From the NCBI RefSeq assembly GCF_001194135.2, contig NC_069006.1, positions 16,393,221 to 16,448,413 on the forward strand: 55,193 nucleotides of DNA, in the 5' to 3' direction. The DNA is from Octopus bimaculoides (Eukaryota). The translations under genes and the position numbers were made by a program. The notes under the pieces were generated by a model. The model saw only the letters and a program-made list of their open reading frames with translations. It made no database searches and was not told where the DNA came from. Shown here in pieces: positions 47,144 to 55,193 of the stretch (positions are counted from its first letter, which is position 1; every line of letters begins with the position of its first letter).

Positions 47144-47318
47144 TCATCATCATCATCATCATCGTTTAACGTCCGCTTTCCATGCTAGCATGGGTTGGAC
47201 GATTTGACTGAGGACTGGTGAAACCGGATGGCAACACCAGGCTCCAGTCTGATTTGGCAGAGTTTCTACAGCTGGATGCCCTTCCTAACGCCAACCACTC
47301 AGAGAGTGTAGTGGGTGC
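47144..47318 (-). mobile_element. SINE family D, 3' part, truncated by gap
   Basis: Near-identical reverse complement of 42823-42997. Confidence 0.9.
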
Positions 47319-47768
47319 NNNNNNNNNNNNNNNNNNNNNNNNNNNNNNNNNNNNNNNNNNNNNNNNNNNNNNNNNNNNNNNNNNNNNNNNNNNNNNNNNN
47401 NNNNNNNNNNNNNNNNNNNNNNNNNNNNNNNNNNNNNNNNNNNNNNNNNNNNNNNNNNNNNNNNNNNNNNNNNNNNNNNNNNNNNNNNNNNNNNNNNNNN
47501 NNNNNNNNNNNNNNNNNNNNNNNNNNNNNNNNNNNNNNNNNNNNNNNNNNNNNNNNNNNNNNNNNNNNNNNNNNNNNNNNNNNNNNNNNNNNNNNNNNNN
47601 NNNNNNNNNNNNNNNNNNNNNNNNNNNNNNNNNNNNNNNNNNNNNNNNNNNNNNNNNNNNNNNNNNNNNNNNNNNNNNNNNNNNNNNNNNNNNNNNNNNN
47701 NNNNNNNNNNNNNNNNNNNNNNNNNNNNNNNNNNNNNNNNNNNNNNNNNNNNNNNNNNNNNNNNNNNN

Positions 47769-47830
<62 letters not shown>

Positions 47831-48576
47831 GTAAACTCTTAACATCCTGTATGACATGAATCCACCCAACGACTTATCTGTCTGTCAGTCAGTCCTATAC
47901 CACACAAATCAAATGATCTTTCTTTACATTCATTTTAAAGGAAGTTAGGAATTCTCTAAACTAAGAGAAAAAACATCAAATCCTTCCTCTATTATTTAAC
48001 ATTCTGTAAAAATTGATATCAGCCCATGCGTTGCTGAAGTTTTGTGATTTTATTCCTTTATCGAGATTTGAAGAAAAAATTTTATTGAAACTTACTTTGA
48101 AAAATGGCCGCTAATCATTCTTTCAGTGACAACTTATTCGATGATTTAATCGATGATTTAATGGCAGATAAGGCTGTTTGGCTTTGGAGATGATAACCAG
48201 AGTAGCATATATCCATTTCTTCAGTACATGTGAGTAGTCTGTCTGACTTCAACCCATCCAATTTTTCATTTGACTTGGGACATTATATTGTCTGCAGAAG
48301 GGTTGAACACTTTTTTTTTGATCACGAAATTGAACCTTTTGTAAGTGTTGTTGGTCCACAAATAGCTTTGGGATTTGTTGTGGAGCATGTTGATTATTTT
48401 CCCAACTTTTTATGTTGAATTTGATTGGTTTGTGATATTTGTATGTCCATGTCTGTTACTATTGATAATTAATTTTTATTACTAACATCTTTTTCATTAT
48501 CTTTTTTAAGTGAATCTGTTTTGTAGTTGTTATGTAATTAATTAACATTACTTTAAGCACAAATAGCTACTTTATA

Positions 48577-48796
48577 CAATAGGGTGTGCTGAAAAGTTCC
48601 TGGCTTTAAGGGTATTGTGAAAGGCCTAGTTGGAGGCCCAACCTCCTGAATTGCTTTACAGGGCTTTAGAAAAACTGAAGGACTGCTGCAATAAGTATGT
48701 GAATCTGAGAGAGGAATATGATAAATAAAATCATAATCAAATTATCCTCTTGTATTTTCTTTTACCCAAAGCCAGGAACTTTTCAGCACCCCCATG
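48577..48796 (+). mobile_element. Mariner-derived MITE, 220 bp, retaining the last ~20 transposase codons
   Basis: TA at 48575-48576 and 48797-48798; perfect 22-bp TIR core GTGCTGAAAAGTTCCTGGCTTT; internal LEKLKDCCNKYVNLREEYDK*. Confidence 0.85.
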
Positions 48797-48989
48797 TACA
48801 CTCATGTAAAAGTTGAAATTTTTGCAACCAGTTTTTAAGGTTAAATTTATGAGTACTTCTTTCAAGGGTTTTAAATTCATTCTAAAATCAAAAAATACCA
48901 AGTGGTGGCATTTGACACCTGGTTTGAAGGAAACAAGGGTGGTTTTTTGTTCTGCTGGGAGTGTTTGAAGCTGATGAAGATGCAATTTT

Positions 48990-49785
48990 TTGCCAATCCA
49001 TCAACAGGGGGTGAAACTTGGGTTTATCTTTATAATCCATAAATGAAAGTGTCACATCTTTTCTCAAAGGCCTAAGAAATTCTTGAGCCAGCGACTGGCA
49101 CAGGAAGTCGTGCTGACTGTTTGGAAGATGACAAAGGTGTCATTCTCCTTGATTTTTCTGGAATATGGTTGTACCATGACCAATATGTGGAACACAGATG
49201 CTCAAAAAACGTAACTCTTTAGCATTTAAACTGGCCATATCCGGCCTAAAATATTCTACCTGCTTTACATGCAAACTGACTAGATTCAGTCTCTCACACT
49301 TATCCTACAACATCATTGTAAGAATAAGCAATCACATCACTGAGGTTTCAAAGCTACAAGATAATAGTTTATCAATTCAAAACAATGTGATAAATAAGCA
49401 TTACATTTGACAGTATATAATCTGAATGCTAAAGGGTTAAAGGAGCTATTTGGAGGAAGAGACTAAAGAAGACTCCGAAAATAATCCGCATTCACCAACA
49501 CCATGCATAATCGCACACAACTTAGGCAACAAGTCAGCGGGGTAGAAAATTGTGCTGTTCAGTGGTTCCCCCAATTAATAATACAACCTAGATGTGGTGC
49601 CTTCTGACTTCCACCTATTCAAGACAATGAAGTACAATCTTCAAAGACAATGATTCAATGACCGAGACAAGCTATTAGTGTCTGTGAAGAAGCGAGTACA
49701 TCAGTGCACACCTGAATTTTTGGGGAGAAAGTTTCAAGGGTTGGGTTTTATGATGATACAAATGCATCACTTGTCATGGAAATTA
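48990..49785 (+). mobile_element. Mariner transposase remnant split by a piggyBac-type MITE
   Basis: TGGETWVYLYNP, EVVLTV..DKGVILLDF, then after the insert DVVPSDFHLFKTMK and YKCITCHGNY. Confidence 0.75.
49215..49436. mobile_element. piggyBac-type MITE, 222 bp; same family as 52296-52515 in opposite orientation
   Basis: GTAA (decayed TTAA) at 49211-49214 and TTAA at 49437-49440; TIR CTCTTTAGCATT / AATGCTAAAGGG; internal GGCCATATCCGGCC..AATATTCTAC shared with the other copy. Confidence 0.85.
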
Positions 49786-50690
49786 TGAGGTTGGCTGAAA
49801 AGTTCATATGTGGATCAAGATACTCTCATGGAATGTGACCAAATGAGGTTTATCTTTCAACATAGTCCTCCTTGTGGTCCACACACTTCTTCTATCAATG
49901 TTGAAGTGCTTGGATCCCATCAGTGAAGAAGCTGTCATCCTATTGCTGATACAAAAATCATCAACAGTAGCTATCACATCATCATCGATGTGATACTGGT
50001 TCCCAGCCAATTGATGATAGTCAGATGGGACCAAATCAAGAGAAAAGGGAGGGTGAGCAACCAGTTCAAAGCCACAGTCATGCACAGTAACCATTGAAAG
50101 CAAGGACTTGTGTGCTGAAGCATTGTCCTGATGAAACAAAACCCCTTTCGTCAATTTTCCAGGGTATTTGCTCTTGATAGCCTTTTGTAACTGCCTCAGA
50201 AAGTTGGTATAGTATTCTCTATTGTTAGTATGGCACTTTTGAAGATAGTCAACAAACACAATGCCTTTTGCATCCCAAAATCTGAGGTCATCACCTTCCC
50301 TGCAAATGAAATAACCTTGATCTTCTTTGGAGCAAGTGAGGAAGGGCAGTTTCCACTGCATGGATCGTGTCTTTGTCTCAGGCTCAAAGTGATGGACCCA
50401 ATAATCACCCTGGGTTAGGAAACGTTCAAGGAAACCAGCTAGATCTGCCTCAAACAATATCAGATTTTCCTGCAATGTTTGTTTCTTCTTCTTCTTCGTG
50501 GCTGGATTAGGGACTCCCTTTTTTCTTACATTTTTATTTATGATTGGTTCAAGACCATGAAATATGACAACAGCAGCAGCTGTAATGTAGCATTGGTGTT
50601 CATGTACAAGCACTGTACAATCTACTTTACTCTGAGACAGACCTTTTGTACGATTCTCCATCCCAGGTTTACACACTATACTCTGGCATT
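49786..50690 (-). mobile_element. Mariner (Hsmar2/irritans-like) transposase remnant with 3' TIR
   Basis: GFLERFLTQ..WVHHFEPETK..SMQWK, FWDAKGIVFVDYL, GVLFHQDNASAHKS, LVAHPPFSLDLVPSDY; TIR TGAGGTTGGCTGAAAAGTTCA after TA at 49784-49785. Confidence 0.9.
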
Positions 50691-52295
50691 CCTTATGAAT
50701 ATTCCTTTGAGGAGGTCCTTAAGTATCATGCTTTTATAATCCTCAATTTTTAGGTTGTAAAGATTCCCTGCCTTATTCAAATTTACAAGTATTCCAAAAG
50801 AGTTCTTCAATTTTAATTTTTCAATTCGTTTACCTTTTTGAGTTTTTGTGTGTATACATATATATATGTACTTTTACATGCGTGTATTTGTTTATGTATT
50901 CAGATATAAAAAGAAAGGGTGAAAATGAGAGCAATAAAGAATGAGAAAGTTCAACATAGTAGTAATTAATGTACAGCATTCTTTATTTTTAGCTGTTTTA
51001 TTATTCTGATTATCAAAACTGTTCCTGTCTGGGTTTATGTTAATTGTCCTATGTTTCCAAGCAGCTCACAATAATGACATAAATGTAGCTGAGCAAGAAT
51101 ATATTTTGAACTATAAGAAGCATTTAACTGATTTCATTTTTACTTTGAGTAATTGACTTAAATCATATCTGACATTTAATCTGCTAGGAGGTTCGTTGAT
51201 GAAGGATTATATCCATTTGGTATGTTTGCATGCTGTTAACACAGTCTGAAACACAGTCCCAACTCATGGGTCGCCACTTCATCCAGTGGGGATACCCTCC
51301 CCCACTATTATTCAAACCATCCTCACCTGTACCCACTCTGTTGACCACTCATCCACCCTCCCTTTCCATACCCATCCTACCCTTACCCACTTCCCTTTTC
51401 CTCTTACCTACCATCCTGCCACCATACCCCTCCAATGCTGTATATTATGCACTTTCCACCCACTCCTATCCTTCTAATGGAACTCACCCTTTTGCAAATA
51501 TTTGAGGTCTCCAGTTTGAGAATTAACATTCTCTCATCAGTCTTGGCCATACAAAGGATCACAGATACTGTCTTTGTTCCTCTAACCAAAAGATTCAATT
51601 AGACTCTGTACTAATTATGTATCATTTTTTTTTAGCTATGTGAACGTTGTGGTTGTGTTGTATTAAGATAGAATCTGTACTTTTAATTGTTGTCGTTTCT
51701 TACTCTCATAGATGTCTTTATCTGTGTGTAGATATTTATTATACTATCTGCTTCCATGTCTCCCCTGTCCCTGTTTCTCTCAAACAGAAAGACCAGTATG
51801 ATCTTGATACAGTGATACTTTTACTGGTCACTCAGATTTCCTGTACCTTATTTGTTTTTGTTATTTTTTCCTTGTTATTTTTCCTTTTTGAAATGAAGAA
51901 AATGGACTTTATTGATCTAATTTGAGGATGGAACTCCCACTGCCAGAGTTTGTATTTTCTGGCCTTGTTAAAATGCCTCCATGTCTACTTGTACAATTTG
52001 GATGCTAGACTTACACAATCACCTTGTTTAACATACCACTTATCCCTTTACATGCTAATAGCAGGATACATTCTGTTGCAGACATTTGGGCCAGGTTGCC
52101 TGAAAAGAGAAGAGGCGGGATAGGCAGTCACAAAGGCAGCCCTTTTTCTTGTGACTAAAAACTACACACACACACACACACATGCAAACAGGGTGTTTAG
52201 GCTAAATTTGATTGTTTTTTTCTATGTCTCCTTTTTTCAGAAGCAGCTTGATGTATCGGTGAACTCTGTGCAGTGTTGGAGAGCATAAAGATTAA

Positions 52296-52515
52296 CCCTT
52301 TAGTGTTCAGATTACTCTGTTAAATGTAATACTTTTCCATTCAAATTCTTTCAAATTAATCATGCATTATCTTATAGCTTCGAGGTTTCAATGATGTGAT
52401 TGTTTATTTTTAGAATGTCAATGTAGGTTAGGTGTGAGAGGCTAGATATCGCCAGTTTGAATATAAAACATGTAGAATATTTGGGCCGGATATGGCCGGT
52501 TTAAACACTAAAGGG
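52296..52515. mobile_element. piggyBac-type MITE, 220 bp
   Basis: TTAA at 52292-52295 and 52516-52519; perfect TIR CCCTTTAGTGTT / AACACTAAAGGG. Confidence 0.92.
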
Positions 52516-52689
52516 TTAAAGTTGTAGTTGAGAAAAAGTTAGCTGACATAGAGGACTGGAAGCCATCTGAATATTTGAAAATGGTTACCTGTATCATGAT
52601 GATTTGCACGGAATCAAAATGCTGACATCATGACCGCTGCTCAATGCTCTGTGAGCATCGTAAAAGCTGTAAGATATAACATGAACAGC

Positions 52690-53566
52690 TGCAGTGGAGA
52701 TTATGAAGTTAAGGCCAGCAGGCATTCTGACTATATCTGCACATTGGAATTCATCCCACATCTTTGAAGAGGGCCTTAGGCTCAGTTCAGAAGGCTGTGT
52801 GAAGCTGCTGGGAGACTGTGGTCAAATTCTAACCGGAGAGGGTTGCTGCTGGATGGCCATATGTGTGGCAGCAGGATTTGGCTCCTTGCCATACTTTTGG
52901 AAAGAAGCAGAAGTGGTTGTCAGAGAATTTCAACATCATCACTAGCTCCGATTCCTGGCTTCCAAATCCCCCAGATTGTAATCCTGTGGATTGCTATGTG
53001 TGGGGCACAGTTGAGGAGGACACCGACTACTGTCTGCAGCACCAAGGCCAAGCTGGTGGCCAAAATTAAGGAAGCATTCAAAGATCTTTCCAGGGACACA
53101 GTGAAGAATGCATGCACCAGGTTCCAGAGCTGTCTTGAGGTCATGGTGGAAGCTGGGGGTGGCTAATTTGAGTAAATTGCTATCTCTCAACCATAATCTA
53201 GTTGATATTTTTTGAGTTTTTAAAATACTTTTATTTCTTATTTCTTTACTGCCCACAAGGGGCTATACACAGAGGGGACAAACAAGGACAGACAAACGGA
53301 TTAAGTCAATTATATTGACCCCAGTGCGTAACTGGTACTTATTCACTCGGCCCCGAAAGGATGAAAGGCAACCTCAGTCGACCTCAGCGGAATTTGAACT
53401 CAGAACATAGTGGCAGACGAAATACCGCTAAGCATTTCGCCCGGCGTGCTAACGTTTCTGCCAGCTCATCACCTTCTTTTATTTCTTTTATACTTTATTT
53501 CTCGATGGGATATTCAGTTTTATTTTCTTTGTATGCAAAACTGTCAAATTTAGCTCAAACACCCTG
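52690..53566 (+). mobile_element. DD37D (maT-type) transposase remnant with 3' TIR, interrupted by SINE C
   Basis: PHIFEEGLRL, YVWQQDLAPCHT..QKWLSENF, WLPNPPDCNPVDCYVWGTVE, VKNACTRFQSCLEVMVEAGGG; ends ACACCCTG|TA at 53566. Confidence 0.85.
53240..53475 (-). mobile_element. SINE family C, full length, 12-bp TSD
   Basis: CTTTTATTTCTT at 53228-53239 and 53476-53487; high identity to 24388-24618. Confidence 0.92.
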
Positions 53567-53699
53567 TATATATGAGGTGAGATGTCAAGTTCTTCAAGTT
53601 GCTGCCCCCCCCCCCTCTCTCTCTCCCTTTTTTTTTTATTGCTTTATATTTCCAAAGTAATGGGTAAAGATAATATAATTTGATGACTTCTGTTTTATC

Positions 53700-54350
53700 T
53701 TGGAAATCAGTGCTTTTTCCCCGGTGGCCTTGCAGTAACAGCTTCATCTTTAACAGGTCAACTGGCGCGAACAACCTTCTTTCTTTGTCCTCCAGAATCA
53801 TCATCCACTTCAATTGAAACAGTGCAATGAATGCAGCAGAACATATTTTTTGTCTTCGCTTGATGTCAGTGAGAGACTCTCCTCCAGCACCAAGGTATGA
53901 CATGATGGACTCTTCATTACTACACACACAAAAAAAAAGAATAAAATTGCCAACAACCACTTCCAGAACTGTCTCATCCCACTGGCTACCTAACTAACTC
54001 CCTAACTCCAATGTGTTAGTAAACTGAACCTGCTGCTCTGAAATGTCCATCCTTGATGATGATGCTGCTGCCATCTTCAGGATCAATACCCATTAACCAC
54101 AAACCCTTCAATCCTGTCTGTCTTCTGTTGATTTCTGATGCTGCCTTATGCTGATCTGTACTGCATCTGCTTCCGACATCTTCAGTGTACTTTTACAGCT
54201 TCGTTAGCTTCCTACCTTGATTGAAATCTTTTCATCTTGCTCTGTCTCTCATCAGTTCCTCATTGACCTTAGCTTGCTCACCCCTACACATAAACTACAG
54301 TCTCTTTCTCATTTGTTCATTCATCCTTCCAATTTGGATGTGGCTAGTGA
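53700..54350 (-). mobile_element. Very decayed RTE-like LINE RT fragment
   Basis: Minus strand SYLGAGGESLTDIKRRQKICSAAF resembles RTE (YLGS..GGS..DIKRRI..A..AF); the rest is only weakly alignable. Confidence 0.35.
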
Positions 54351-55193
54351 CATTGCATCTCACTCTCTTCCTCTATCTTTTCGCTTTCTTTCCCCCTTTA
54401 TTCTCCTCCCTTCTTACAACCCTAAACTGATCTCAGATTTAACATGCACTGTTTTTTCTTGGCTAGGAATTGTCGTCTTGCCTACAAATTCTCAGCATGT
54501 TGCTGTTATTGATTATCTTCTTTTCCTGCTCATGCGAAAGAAAAAGAAATGAAAAGACTACATTATTTTCTTTTGCAAAAACAACTACATGCATGTGTGT
54601 TTGTTTAGGTTTTTTAAATAAGAGAAAAAGAAATACATTCTCTGTGCATTCATATAGATACAGGGAGACTCAGAGATGCTTTGCATGAATGTAGATGTGT
54701 GCATGTGTGTGTGTGTGTGTGTTCATATATATCCAGCAGGTTTGATGGTGTTAATGTACACAGAGCTCTCTAATCTCAACAGTCATACATCTAACTGTAC
54801 ATACAAATATACCGTATTATATATATGAGCAAATCGACTGTTCTCTGGGTGTTTACTGCTGCTTGCTAAATGAATTGTAGTTATTGTTAATTTTTCTAGT
54901 ATGCTACATCTGATTTTCTTTTGAAACCCTCATTTTTGAATAGTATTCGCTCACTCAATAAATTTAGGCTATGACTACAGAAATGTGCCCTGCTGTATTT
55001 GTTTTCCTGTAAGTTTTTGAAAAATGGATATTTATTAATGAAACTTTCTGGAAATACCTTTCAGATAGTGTAGAAAATTATTATATCAGTATTTGTAGTG
55101 AAAAACTTCTTGGGAAAGGAGTTTTGATAGTTCAAGAAGGGCATCATTGGCTGCAACTGCCTGACTTCTGTCTTTAAGGAAATCATGCAGTAT

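Noticed and set aside
49804-50676. Intact transposase or SETMAR-like domesticated gene (290-aa ORF)
   Set aside because: The ORF passes in and out of the transposase frame, WVP and YSPDL motifs are corrupted, and no SET domain is present.
55063-55180. Third PIK3CA coding exon after CTTTCAG|
   Set aside because: Phase-1 translation DSVENYYISICSEKLL...CL* has no similarity to the Ras-binding domain and terminates.

Overview
AT-rich, microsatellite- and SINE-dense eukaryotic scaffold with seven N-gaps, inferred from its repeat families to be a coleoid cephalopod (Octopus-like; not verified by search). The only recognisable host gene is the 5' end of a class IA PI3-kinase catalytic subunit (PIK3CA/p110alpha-like) on the + strand. 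Two coding exons (44741-45086 and 46662-46871) encode the p85-binding domain and linker, with intron phases matching the human gene as I recall it. A candidate non-coding first exon ends at 32510. A possible divergent minus-strand gene start lies near 19.0 kb. The rest is transposon debris: at least five tRNA-headed SINE families (my labels A-E), mariner and DD37D/maT remnants, a Helitron RepHel remnant, a CsRn1-type Gypsy gag-protease remnant, Tx1, RTE, R4/Dong and CR1/Jockey-group LINE remnants, a Sola2-like remnant, and piggyBac-, hAT-, mariner- and Helentron-type non-autonomous elements, often nested. I found no CRISPR array, rRNA or bona fide tRNA gene, and I cannot support a wholly new biological system from this sequence. 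The strongest leads are a near-identical inverted SINE pair bracketing the two PIK3CA coding exons (circRNA / A-to-I editing candidate), a TSD-flanked 5'-inverted RTE insertion with twin-priming geometry, a dimeric SINE inserted as one unit, and SINEs that swap heads and tails. TE family names rest on motifs recalled from known families; TE end coordinates are approximate unless a TSD or TIR is quoted.
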